Part shown: positions 1 through 8,003 of the stretch, one piece after another
Position numbering within the stretch: the first letter of the stretch is position 1
How the letters are laid out: every line of letters begins with the position of its first letter
IMG/VR virus record: IMGVR_UViG_3300020045_004230
Location: 1-28,657 of that record
Length of the DNA: 28,657 nt
Reading direction: 5' to 3' (one strand)
Source of the DNA: a virus
Lineage: Duplodnaviria > Caudoviricetes
Notes under the pieces: model-generated
What the model saw: only the letters and a program-made list of their open reading frames with translations
What the model was told of the DNA's origin: nothing
The model's database searches: none
Position numbers and translations under genes: made by a program

Positions 1-250
1 TTGCCTTGTCGGTAATTGGGATAATTTCAATTACTTCAGTTAGTAACACTTCATCAACTGCAACCGGAAAACGGCAATTTTGTGGCTTACTGGTTCCATC
101 GGTCGCAAGTTGCGAAAGTGAGGCCGCCCCATCCCAGTAGTGAATACGTCTTGCGCCTGTCAATGTCGCTTCTTTACCATTGCGCTCTTTAACTGTACCA
201 GCGAAAACACCCGCCGAATAAGTTCGAACCATACAATATTTACCAATCAT
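1..250 (-). CDS. DUF6948-like phage protein, 3' end runs off the window (not in ORF track)
   Basis: ATG at 250 preceded by GGAG. Translates MIGKYCMVRTYSAGVFAGTVKERNGKEATLTGARRIHYWDGAASLSQLATDG...; the RTYSAGVF and WDGAASLSQLA motifs are recalled as DUF6948. Confidence 0.75.
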   Translation of the reverse strand, partial: MIGKYCMVRTYSAGVFAGTVKERNGKEATLTGARRIHYWDGAASLSQLATDGTSKPQNCRFPVAVDEVLLTEVIEIIPITDKA

Positions 251-350
251 TTTTGTCTCCAAGTTTTGTAAAGCACCCAGAATTAGATACTTTAAAAAAC
301 GCCGTCCTAAAACGGCTAAGTAACAAAAGAGCGCATCTCGTTTTGTTGAT

Positions 351-396
351 TTGAATTATAGCAGAGCTTTTAAACTTTGCAACTTGTTTTTTGCAT
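351..396 (-). promoter_or_regulatory. Sigma70-type early promoter, copy A (TTGCAA-N16-TATAAT, extended -10 TGn)
   Basis: Minus strand reads TTGCAA agtttaaaagctctgc TATAAT. Near-identical to 8004-8049 and overlaps the last codons of the VRR-NUC gene. Confidence 0.75.
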
Positions 397-877
397 CATC
401 AAAGCCATAAGCCAGAATATAATGCTGCCCAATCCCATGGATATAATCTCGCCATACTTCTTGCTCCTTGCTCAATACGCCGCCTTTTATTCGCTTCATT
501 TCAACCCAGCACAGCCACTCAGGTATAAAAATATCAGGTACGCCCGGCGACACTCCCTCCAATACTAAAGCTGCCGCCTCGCGCTCGTTACGGTTCCCGC
601 CATTGGGTATGGCTGCAATCTTCACGCCTGGGTATGTGCATTTAAACCAGTGGATTAAATTCACTTGTTCACTATGTTCGGTCGGGATGCGTTTAGATTC
701 TTTTTTCTTTGCTTCAATTTCACGCGCCACTATTTCGGCGGTATCTAAAATAGTATCGCGGTCTTCCTTTGGCTGAGTCATTGCATAATTAATAACCAGG
801 TTACGATCTTTCTTTTTTAGCCCCTGGCGCTTACATAAAAGATCAAGCTCTGATCTAAAAAAATCATCTGTTATCAC
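356..877 (-). CDS. VRR-NUC domain nuclease (Holliday junction resolvase-like) with N-terminal extension
   Basis: EHSEQ..., IPNGG, GVPDIF...VEMK (PD-(D/E)xK motif), LSKEQ..W. Confidence 0.85.
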   Translation of the reverse strand: MITDDFFRSELDLLCKRQGLKKKDRNLVINYAMTQPKEDRDTILDTAEIVAREIEAKKKESKRIPTEHSEQVNLIHWFKCTYPGVKIAAIPNGGNRNEREAAALVLEGVSPGVPDIFIPEWLCWVEMKRIKGGVLSKEQEVWRDYIHGIGQHYILAYGFDDAKNKLQSLKALL

Positions 878-1092
878 ACTCTACCCCTAAAATATTCCAA
901 AAAATTATCACGTTGGTCGGCCGGCTCAAGCATCAAGTCGGCAATGATGTCATCACTCAAATTTAGCTCCTCAAGCTGCATTTTAAATATACTGCACTCC
1001 ATGGTTAACAATCCTGTTTCCGTGTAACCACGGGCTTTATTTTCGTCTGTAGTATCGGCTTTTTGCTGATTAAGTGCCGTTAATATGTCCAT
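874..1092 (-). CDS. Hypothetical protein
   Basis: 72 aa, overlaps both neighbouring genes (translational coupling). Confidence 0.65.
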   Translation of the reverse strand: MDILTALNQQKADTTDENKARGYTETGLLTMECSIFKMQLEELNLSDDIIADLMLEPADQRDNFLEYFRGRV

Positions 1093-1502
1093 TACACATC
1101 CCTCTTTAAAGACTCAGCAAATTTACGCGCCACTTCATCATGGAAGGCTTGCTCTTCAGGTGTGTAACCAGCTTCTTTTATCTTTTTTAATGCGTATTTT
1201 AGTTTGTGACGCGCTTTTATCTTCTCCTTATTAGCATCTTCGTAGGCTTTTCTACTCGCGGCTATTTTCTCTTTATTAGCCGATTGATAGGCTTTAGAAC
1301 GCGCTAATAATTCCTCTCTATTAGCATCGTAATAGACTTTTCTACTCGCTAATATTTCCTCTTTATTAGCCCTTTCATAGGCTCCTCTTTGACGCGCTAT
1401 TTTTTTATCTTTATTAGCCGCGTAATAGGATTTATCTTGTGCTTTTATCTTCTCTTTATTGGCCTCCCTATAGACCTTCCTTTCCTCTGCTGTCATTGCC
1501 AT
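1092..1502 (-). CDS. Basic helical repeat protein (six ~15-aa YxxAN(K/R)(E/D) repeats)
   Basis: YREANKEKIKA / YYAANKDKKIA / YERANKEEILA / YYDANREELLA / YQSANKEKIAA / YEDANKEKIKA; abuts the helicase stop codon. Confidence 0.8.
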   Translation of the reverse strand: MAMTAEERKVYREANKEKIKAQDKSYYAANKDKKIARQRGAYERANKEEILASRKVYYDANREELLARSKAYQSANKEKIAASRKAYEDANKEKIKARHKLKYALKKIKEAGYTPEEQAFHDEVARKFAESLKRDV

Positions 1503-3215
1503 TTAATACCCCCATGAGCGAACTTTATCAAAGCCTTTTTCTTTTGCTACGGTTACGGTTTTTATCTGTTTAAAGAACCTTTCAAAATATTCCTCGCCCA
1601 ACAGGAAAAGCACAGATTTAACATTGACTCCACCTTCGAACTTGCTCATCTGGTAATAGTCGCGCTTGTTTTTCAGCATATCCATAATTTTGGCGGTGGC
1701 TAAGTTTTTAGCCTGTCCGGTATGCTCGATGCACAAATAATCATTGGCTAAATGGTTCCCAGCCTCATCATAAAATGCCATTTTAATCATCTTGATAACG
1801 CTTTTCTTACTGATAGCCTCATCAAATAGCACCTTACTAACTTCATAAGTAAAAGCCATTTCAGCCGCTTTTTTAGCGAGTGCCTCGGCTTTGGTTCGCA
1901 TAGTGTAAAGGCCTTCTTCTCCTTCACTGATAAATTCAGCACCGCAGACCTTACAGCGTTTCGCGCTTAGCAGGTTTGGATAGGCACATTCTTGCCCGGC
2001 GTGGTAGGTTAGTCCATCAAAGATTATGGTCTCGTCAATGATGGCTAGGCAAGTTTTGCGCGGAGGGTCTGATTTGCGTTTTTTGGTTTTAGGTATTTTA
2101 ATATCATCGATACCGCCAAGCCTTTCAATATTACTTCCATAATCCCATATTTTTCCTATTAAATCCCCATATGGACGTATTAGCCTGCCTAGCATTTGAA
2201 TCAGCAGCCCTGGACTTGTAGTCGCTCTTAGCAATACTATTGCTTGTAAGCTGGGCATGTTGAAGCCGGTAGTGTAAATATTCACGTTTACAAGATAACG
2301 CGGGCCCGAGCCATTTACAAACCAATCTATATTCCTGGCGCGTTCGTGCGCAGTGCTGCGACTGCTTGTCATGCGCATAGTTGATGCATCACCCCATTGC
2401 TCCAAAACTTTTTCGCCACTGTCGCAATTTGGCACAAATATCAGCGCCGTTTCTATTTCGTTGTCGATAAATCCTTGCTTAAAATCATCTACCGATTTTT
2501 CACATATAGCATCGAATCTTAATCCAACATCCGTTTGATTAAACTCATGTCCTGACATTTTAACGCCAGATAAATCGACGGTAATATTATGCGTATTAAT
2601 TACCTCGATTTGCGCTAAATGCTTTTCTTCTACAAGTCGCGCTATTCCTGGATCAACGCTTGTATCATAAGGTATTGAATTAAAAAGAGGCTCACCCTTT
2701 ACACACTTTTCAGTCAATAATCCTTGTCCAAGTCGATATGGCGATGCTGTCATGCCGCATATACGCATATTCGGATTTATACGTAACAAACTTGTTACAA
2801 TTTTACGTATCTGTGACTCTGGATTATTACCCACCAAATGCGCTTCATCAATGATTACATAATCGAATGCTCCACTACACGCCCTTTTTGAGTAAAAACT
2901 TTGATACATAGCAACTACAACCTGCTTATTTGTTTGCATCTTTCCAAGTTGCCTACATGCTATTCCTATGTCTTGCTTATTTGATAAAAACTCGAAAAAT
3001 TCTTGATAGTTTTGAGAGCATAATTCTTTTGTCGGCACAAGGCACAATACACGCCCTTTATGCTTAACTCCATAATCAGCAAGTGCGGCGGCCATAAGCG
3101 CCTTTCCTAGTGCGGTCATGACCGATATACAAGGGATTAACCCGTTATCCCAATCATTTACAATAGCCCTACATCCTGCTTTTTGGTAATACCTAAGAAC
3201 CTTTCTTTTTGTCAT
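1503..3215 (-). CDS. Superfamily 2 DEAH-box helicase (RadD/YejH-like) with C-terminal Zn finger
   Basis: LRYYQ Q-motif, TALGK (motif I), DEAH, TAS, TGFN, QMLGRLIR, distal Cys cluster. Start at ATG 3215 preferred (ORF track starts at 3224). Confidence 0.9.
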   Translation of the reverse strand: MTKRKVLRYYQKAGCRAIVNDWDNGLIPCISVMTALGKALMAAALADYGVKHKGRVLCLVPTKELCSQNYQEFFEFLSNKQDIGIACRQLGKMQTNKQVVVAMYQSFYSKRACSGAFDYVIIDEAHLVGNNPESQIRKIVTSLLRINPNMRICGMTASPYRLGQGLLTEKCVKGEPLFNSIPYDTSVDPGIARLVEEKHLAQIEVINTHNITVDLSGVKMSGHEFNQTDVGLRFDAICEKSVDDFKQGFIDNEIETALIFVPNCDSGEKVLEQWGDASTMRMTSSRSTAHERARNIDWFVNGSGPRYLVNVNIYTTGFNMPSLQAIVLLRATTSPGLLIQMLGRLIRPYGDLIGKIWDYGSNIERLGGIDDIKIPKTKKRKSDPPRKTCLAIIDETIIFDGLTYHAGQECAYPNLLSAKRCKVCGAEFISEGEEGLYTMRTKAEALAKKAAEMAFTYEVSKVLFDEAISKKSVIKMIKMAFYDEAGNHLANDYLCIEHTGQAKNLATAKIMDMLKNKRDYYQMSKFEGGVNVKSVLFLLGEEYFERFFKQIKTVTVAKEKGFDKVRSWGY

Positions 3216-3265
3216 GGTGTGCATCCTTTGTGCATTATCCTTTTTGCTTCAATTTTTATTGTCAT
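3212..3265 (-). CDS. Putative 17-aa uORF (MTIKIEAKRIMHKGCTP) coupled to the helicase start
   Basis: ATG lies just after the leader terminator, at the same offset as the ATG at 11099 in the paralogous leader. Its TGA overlaps the helicase ATG (ATGA). Confidence 0.35.
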   Translation of the reverse strand: MTIKIEAKRIMHKGCTP

Positions 3266-3393
3266 TAAATTTAGTCCAAAAAAAACCACCATTAACCCCG
3301 GACAGGAGGTTAATGGTGGTTCAGTAGGTCATGATGAGATGACTTTAAAAAATGCCCTGTCCGGCGCTTTTTGAAGTTGTGGTGATTATATCA
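3262..3393 (-). promoter_or_regulatory. Helicase leader: extended -10 promoter, hairpin 1 (loop GGACAG), intrinsic terminator (loop CTGTCC, U8)
   Basis: TGaTATAAT at 3393-3385; imperfect hairpin 3342-3377; perfect 14-bp stem 3284-3297/3308-3321 with a T8 run at its 3' end; 9-nt complement ccggacagg/cctgtccgg. Confidence 0.75.
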
Positions 3394-3449
3394 ACTTAAT
3401 AGTCTCAATGGAATTTCTAAAGATACGGATATTGATGATAGGTTAATGA

Positions 3450-4202
3450 TTATTCAATCAGATGCCCAAAAGTATCTGTACCTATGTCTCTAGGGTCTCT
3501 TTTAGTTCCTGTAAATGGATTAAATAACCAAGCCACCATCCCATGATACTTGCGATACTGATCTGCTTGGCTCGGATAAGGCTTTTCTTCCCCATTGGAG
3601 GGGTCGAACTTCATTAATTCATTTGTCACTTTTCCTCCTATGCCGTGAGCTTTTTCAATGGCTCTGGCGAATTCAATATAATGTTTTGAAATATCCCAAA
3701 ACTTGTTCCGCACTTCAATTATTTCGTGATCAAGCAGCCCCCTCTTATTATGAGGTGACATGTAAAGCGGGACGACATTGCTTATGTTGTCAACACAGTC
3801 CAAGGGTTTATAAAAATGAAGCCTACTCTCAATATCTCCGTTATCAATATCGGTAACATCATACAACCACGCCACTGGCTTGTCGTCAATGCTTATATTG
3901 TCATTTTTCTTTGCAAGAGCAGCTATAGCCATACGGATAGTCTCATCCACTCTTTCAGGGAGCATTCCGTTTTCAAGGTGCTGGTTAAGTCTGTCGATTA
4001 AATTAGTATACATTCTTGTGTTATGCTTTTCAATGCCAAAGATCGACCGGTTAATATTCCAGAACCAATGCCTATAACCTTTAAAATTAGGCGTTAAATT
4101 AAATTTAATATTTCTCCGATGACATAGCGACCACGGAACTTTTCTAAGCAACACTCTTTTATAGCTTGGATTGCCTACGTAAATCCTGTAAATTTCTTTC
4201 AT
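3450..4202 (-). CDS. Mosaic phage hypothetical protein (PVAW...PLY...FARAIEKAHGIG module plus a separate C-terminal module)
   Basis: 250-aa ORF; motifs typical of variable early-region phage proteins; internal AGGAGG + GTG at 3629. Confidence 0.7.
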   Translation of the reverse strand: MKEIYRIYVGNPSYKRVLLRKVPWSLCHRRNIKFNLTPNFKGYRHWFWNINRSIFGIEKHNTRMYTNLIDRLNQHLENGMLPERVDETIRMAIAALAKKNDNISIDDKPVAWLYDVTDIDNGDIESRLHFYKPLDCVDNISNVVPLYMSPHNKRGLLDHEIIEVRNKFWDISKHYIEFARAIEKAHGIGGKVTNELMKFDPSNGEEKPYPSQADQYRKYHGMVAWLFNPFTGTKRDPRDIGTDTFGHLIE

Positions 4203-4218
4203 AATTTCAACCCTTTAT

Positions 4219-4803
4219 TTACTTAACCCTCAAAGACTCACTACGAACCAGCTTAACACCGGGCAAGGCTTCCAGCTCAAAAATAATCGTCTCCTGGTCG
4301 AGTTTGTTTTTGTCGTCTTTTATGAGCAGTCGCAACGCTTCGGTGATTGCTGGTTTAAGCGCCTCTTTATGTTCTGGCACAGCCGGAACGGTAACGGTAA
4401 ATTCTGTCGGCAACAGCTCGGCGTCAAAATCCGCATCAAAAACCAAAGCTCCTGGCGTTAGCGAATGACTAATTTTAAACATCTCGCCGCGTGACTCGGT
4501 GATGTTGTGAGTAACCATAAATGACAGTGCACCATCACTAAAAAAATCTAAGTTCGATTGTGCGATTTTTTCAATTTTTTGAAACTTAACGCGCTGCTCT
4601 TTAGCCTGGGCAAGTGCATATTTTGCGTCATTTATATGGGACGCGTACCAGTCTGCAATATTTTCAGCTTGTCTTGCCAATGCCTGTAAAGACAGGTTTA
4701 TTTTTTCCAATTCTTCAATATCGTCCTGATCCTCTGGATCAAGATAGTATTTTCTGTCGGTCAGTTCGCGGGTTTTTTCTGTAAGTTCAAAAATTTTGCT
4801 CAT
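4219..4803 (-). CDS. Siphovirus Gp157-like protein
   Basis: MSKIFELT N-terminus, coiled coil, LPTEF, C-terminal PGVKLVRSESLRVK; located near Sak4/SSB genes. Confidence 0.7.
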   Translation of the reverse strand: MSKIFELTEKTRELTDRKYYLDPEDQDDIEELEKINLSLQALARQAENIADWYASHINDAKYALAQAKEQRVKFQKIEKIAQSNLDFFSDGALSFMVTHNITESRGEMFKISHSLTPGALVFDADFDAELLPTEFTVTVPAVPEHKEALKPAITEALRLLIKDDKNKLDQETIIFELEALPGVKLVRSESLRVK

Positions 4804-4827
4804 TATTTATTATCCTTGGTTGTGGGT

Positions 4828-4856
4828 TCGCCACGTCTTAGGTGGCGAGTTTTTAT
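4828..4856. repeat. Hairpin plus 15-bp direct repeat GTGGCGAGTTTTTAT, copy 1
   Basis: Stem tcgccac/gtggcga; 4842-4856 is identical to 5280-5294. Confidence 0.7.
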
Positions 4857-4868
4857 GAAAATCTTTCG

Positions 4869-5021
4869 TCAGGTTGTGGACTCGCCTCCGTGCCTATAAT
4901 TATCGTATGCGCGGTCGGATGATTCACTATCGCGGTCATATTGGCGACACCCTTCTCTGTCGCCGTTACGGAATGCGTCACTGCGATCTGATGGGCTCCA
5001 CTCTCTATACACGTCTTTCAT
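4869..5021 (-). CDS. 50-aa charged hypothetical protein (not in ORF track)
   Basis: MKDVYREWSPSDRSDAFRNGDREGCRQYDRDSESSDRAYDNYRHGGESTT; ATGA overlap with upstream ORF; fills the intergenic gap. Confidence 0.55.
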   Translation of the reverse strand: MKDVYREWSPSDRSDAFRNGDREGCRQYDRDSESSDRAYDNYRHGGESTT

Positions 5022-5239
5022 GATTCCACCCCAAAAAACGCCCTTACCTTTGATTCGATTTTGTACATAACATAGTCATTTTGCGGCTCAAATTCGATTT
5101 CCTTATATGCAATAATAAAAACTCGGTCAATAATTAACTCAACAAAATTAGTAATGTCATCAATACTAGGATTACCACCGGTTAAACCTACCGGTATTCC
5201 AGACTCTCTGGACAGTTCTTTTATAATTTCATTCTTCAT
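5018..5239 (-). CDS. Hypothetical protein
   Basis: 73 aa; MxNExIKEL...FVELII...FFGVE pattern seen in small phage proteins. Confidence 0.7.
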   Translation of the reverse strand: MKNEIIKELSRESGIPVGLTGGNPSIDDITNFVELIIDRVFIIAYKEIEFEPQNDYVMYKIESKVRAFFGVES

Positions 5240-5272
5240 TTTTATTTGCCTTTGGTTTTTTTTATAGTTAAA

Positions 5273-5294
5273 GCCATCCGTGGCGAGTTTTTAT
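5273..5294. repeat. 15-bp direct repeat GTGGCGAGTTTTTAT, copy 2, with short hairpin
   Basis: gcca-tccg-tggc hairpin; 5280-5294 is identical to 4842-4856. Confidence 0.7.
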
Positions 5295-5297
5295 AGA

Positions 5298-5999
5298 TCA
5301 GAATGGTATGTCATCATCCCAGTTGTCATCTTCCGGTGCAGTGGTTTTAAACGCATTCTGAACCGGCGCATTGGGTTGGTTTGTGGCTTGCTTCATGATA
5401 TGCGCGTCGAGCGTAGCGGTCATATATTTAACAGTATCCAGTCCCGCAACATACTTTTCAATACTTTCCGCTTCCACGCCGTCAATAAACTCTTTCGCGC
5501 TTTGTCCTGTGTCGCTGGCGAAGCAGATAAAGTTCGGTGTAATGCGGGTTTCGCCGCTGTCTTTCCAGCTTCCATCAGGCTGTAAAGATTGTTTCTTTTC
5601 CTCTTTCATCTGAAAAACTGCGCCCAAATGTTTGCCTTCCAAATCTTCAAAAACTTTTTTCTTTGTCGGGACTTCTGCGCGTAAATCGTAGTCATAAACC
5701 CCGACCATCTTATTTTTTTGGTTCATGCTTTCCAGTTCAGCAAGCACCATCAATTCGCCGGTGATGCGTTTGACTCCGCTGTCCATCGGTTCGCCTTCGC
5801 GGTTCTGGTAGCAAATATAAATATCGCCACTTTTGCCGCAGTCGGTTACATATCCTAAATGCACCGATTTTGATAAATTATTTTCGCCTTTTCCTTCATG
5901 GTCGAATGCTTTTGTAATAGTGATCGGGTAAAATCCCGTTTTGGTAATTTTGCCGCCTGAAAATGCGCGTACTGCTGTTTTGTCTTGTTGGAAAGCCAT
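5298..5999 (-). CDS. Phage single-stranded DNA-binding protein (DUF669-like)
   Basis: Acidic C-terminal tail DDNWDDDIPF; GFYPITITKA N-terminal strand; follows the Sak4-like ATPase. Confidence 0.75.
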   Translation of the reverse strand: MAFQQDKTAVRAFSGGKITKTGFYPITITKAFDHEGKGENNLSKSVHLGYVTDCGKSGDIYICYQNREGEPMDSGVKRITGELMVLAELESMNQKNKMVGVYDYDLRAEVPTKKKVFEDLEGKHLGAVFQMKEEKKQSLQPDGSWKDSGETRITPNFICFASDTGQSAKEFIDGVEAESIEKYVAGLDTVKYMTATLDAHIMKQATNQPNAPVQNAFKTTAPEDDNWDDDIPF

Positions 6000-6008
6000 T
6001 GTTATTCC

Positions 6009-6899
6009 TTATCTTAAAATGTCAGAGAAAATCTGTTTACTGGTTTCGTCATTATGAATGTCTATGCTGTATGAATCTTTTACATCATCCGCCGTTGTTG
6101 CCCTAACTTTTGCATTAAAGCGGCTGGTTTTTCGCGTGTAAACATTAACCACGCTCGTTCCGCTGTCCTCTGCTACTGTGCGAGGCCCGGCGCCGAACAC
6201 CCCCTTCTTCTTGGTTGTTGAGATTTCCGCTTCCATAAAAAAGACAAAATCGGCGCGATTGCTTAAAAGCCTGGGTATGCTCACATTGCCATACTCTGTT
6301 AAATCAATTTGCCATTTTTTATACAAGTCCCCGTTAGCGTCCAGCGAATCTCTCATGCGAGCGTGGGCGATTAGGATAACATTAATGCCAAGGTAATTTA
6401 ACCGATCTATACCAGCTAAAAACAAGCCTGCCCATAGCGAATGAAGCTTTTCGTAACCCTTGCTGTAGTCATAGTCTGAAAGGCTTTCAACCGGAACCGC
6501 TTGTTTCTTGTCATGCCCCTCCACTTTTGCCATAACAACCGGCTCTTTTTCGATAATATCGGCACAAAATAGGTCATTTAAAAACATGGCTCCATCAATC
6601 ACAATGGTTTTGTAGGGCGATGATTTATTTGCCAGTTTTTTTAACATTGTAAAGAACTCAGTCGAACTTTTAGGGATGTAAACAACATCCTGACCGGCTG
6701 AATTTTTAACTAAAAACTTGCCAACTCCAGCCACTTTTTCAGCGCCTTTTTCCAGTGATAGATAAAATGGGGCCTCTGCAAATTTACATAAGTGCGTTTT
6801 GCCTACCCCGTCACCGCCGTAAACTATCCCAAAATAGGGCGATCTAACGGCTTCATCAGATATGGTTAGCGCGTCCATAAATGAATGTTGTTCACTCAC
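6009..6899 (-). CDS. AAA_24 / Sak4-like ATPase (single-strand annealing recombinase family)
   Basis: Walker A GGDGVGKT, LEKG, YKTIVID (Walker B), ILIAH, DFVFF. Confidence 0.85.
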   Translation of the reverse strand: MSEQHSFMDALTISDEAVRSPYFGIVYGGDGVGKTHLCKFAEAPFYLSLEKGAEKVAGVGKFLVKNSAGQDVVYIPKSSTEFFTMLKKLANKSSPYKTIVIDGAMFLNDLFCADIIEKEPVVMAKVEGHDKKQAVPVESLSDYDYSKGYEKLHSLWAGLFLAGIDRLNYLGINVILIAHARMRDSLDANGDLYKKWQIDLTEYGNVSIPRLLSNRADFVFFMEAEISTTKKKGVFGAGPRTVAEDSGTSVVNVYTRKTSRFNAKVRATTADDVKDSYSIDIHNDETSKQIFSDILR

Positions 6900-7044
6900 A
6901 ATCGACTCCTTTGCTCTTTAAAAACTCGGTTATGGCCGTTTCTGACGCGGCTTTTAGTGTAATGTCATTGGCTGTACAGTAGACAGCTAAAAGCTTTCTT
7001 AGCTCCTTATTGATGACGATTATTGATTTTGTTGATTGCTTCAT
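6892..7044 (-). CDS. 50-aa ribbon-helix-helix-like DNA-binding protein (not in ORF track)
   Basis: MKQSTKSIIVINKELRKLLAVYCTANDITLKAASETAITEFLKSKGVDCE; strand-helix-turn-helix pattern; GGAG RBS; overlaps both neighbours. Confidence 0.6.
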   Translation of the reverse strand: MKQSTKSIIVINKELRKLLAVYCTANDITLKAASETAITEFLKSKGVDCE

Positions 7045-7280
7045 TGCTTATTCTCCAATATTTTTGCTTCGATTAGGTCTAACGCGTAAGTGTTTAACAG
7101 TTCGGTAAAATCTACGCCGCTTATTATTACCTTTTCTATTTCCACATCCTCCGGCCAACCCGGTTGACAGTATTCGGGCGGGCCGAAAAGTTGAGCCTGT
7201 TCTTCTGGCGTATAATAAAACGTAACTTCCATGTCCACGCCATTGATGCAAAGCTCTTCGGTGCGCGCTTTACTGGTCAT
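7041..7280 (-). CDS. Acidic hypothetical phage protein
   Basis: Likely start ATG 7280 (MTSKART); Y.PEE...GPPEYCQPG..EDVEI motif. The ORF track's 7370 start would overlap the upstream gene by about 100 nt. Confidence 0.7.
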   Translation of the reverse strand: MTSKARTEELCINGVDMEVTFYYTPEEQAQLFGPPEYCQPGWPEDVEIEKVIISGVDFTELLNTYALDLIEAKILENKQ

Positions 7281-7569
7281 GATTAAGAGCCAACAGTTCA
7301 GATTTTTGTTGCTGCAAATCGGAAACGCGTTCGATTGCATCCTGGCGAATTGCCTCAATTTTGTCATCAAGTGCTTTGATGACTAGCGGCAGGGTTTGGT
7401 CTTTGGAAAGTCCATCGAATTCAACATTTTTAAACTCAGAGATACGGATTAAATCCGTATCTCTGTCTCTATTATTGCTCGACACAGTACGCATTCCAAC
7501 CAATGCGCTCAATCCTCCGGTTGGGAGATATTCATAAACAGCCACTTTCATTGTTATTTTTTCTGACAT
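7270..7569 (-). CDS. Hypothetical protein with C-terminal coiled coil
   Basis: 99 aa; RBS AGGAGAATAAA-ATG. Confidence 0.75.
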   Translation of the reverse strand: MSEKITMKVAVYEYLPTGGLSALVGMRTVSSNNRDRDTDLIRISEFKNVEFDGLSKDQTLPLVIKALDDKIEAIRQDAIERVSDLQQQKSELLALNHDQ

Positions 7570-7650
7570 TTTATTCTCCTATGATTTTTAAAAAATGTTC
7601 TTTTTGAACAGCATCCTTAGTCTGCTCAATTATTAATCCAGTAAAGCTCC

Positions 7651-7713
7651 TACAGGGCCAATACCTGTATCGGCCTGATAGGTGCGGTTTTTAGCAGGCC
7701 GCTACCACCTGTA
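7651..7713 (-). promoter_or_regulatory. Structured intergenic RNA element with alternative folds
   Basis: Stems tacagg/cctgta, tggtag/ctatca and ggccgata/tattggcc, versus an alternative cggcctg/caggccg stem that exposes CCGCAC. Confidence 0.45.
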
Positions 7714-7720
7714 TATATGT

Positions 7721-7969
7721 CTAAGACATAGACCTTACCCCCACTTGCTGGTGGAAGGCCGCTAATTTAAGCATGCCTTCTTTGTTTGTAATAGATACGG
7801 TATCGGCTCCGCCTTTTACATTCGTCATCCTGACGAAATCACCCTTTTCAGTTTCGCCTTTGGGTGCGCCAAAGGGGTAAAAAGTCTCCCCCTCATTACG
7901 AGGGTTAAATCTTTCTGTAACTCTTGTAAAAGTTACATAAGGGAATTGTTTTTTTAAGTTTTCTAACAT
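7721..7969 (-). CDS. Hypothetical protein, first gene of the leftward operon
   Basis: 82 aa; RBS AGGAGAATAAA-ATG, directly downstream of promoter copy B. Confidence 0.75.
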   Translation of the reverse strand: MLENLKKQFPYVTFTRVTERFNPRNEGETFYPFGAPKGETEKGDFVRMTNVKGGADTVSITNKEGMLKLAAFHQQVGVRSMS

Positions 7970-8003
7970 TTTATTCTCCTTGGTTGTTAAATTATTTCGA
8001 CGG

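Noticed and set aside
5556-5569. gctgtctttccagc, identical over 14 nt to the 3' hairpin of the C4-like RNA
   Set aside because: Lies inside the SSB coding sequence (SWKDS) and lacks the preceding TGACA and the junction. A few 14-mer matches are expected by chance in a window this size.
6912-6923. rrn-type boxA match TGCTCTTTAAAA on the plus strand
   Set aside because: Antisense to the operon, inside a coding region, with no plus-strand promoter evident.
7660-7700. Possible hammerhead ribozyme in the three-way junction
   Set aside because: The conserved core CUGANGA and GAAA is absent on both strands.
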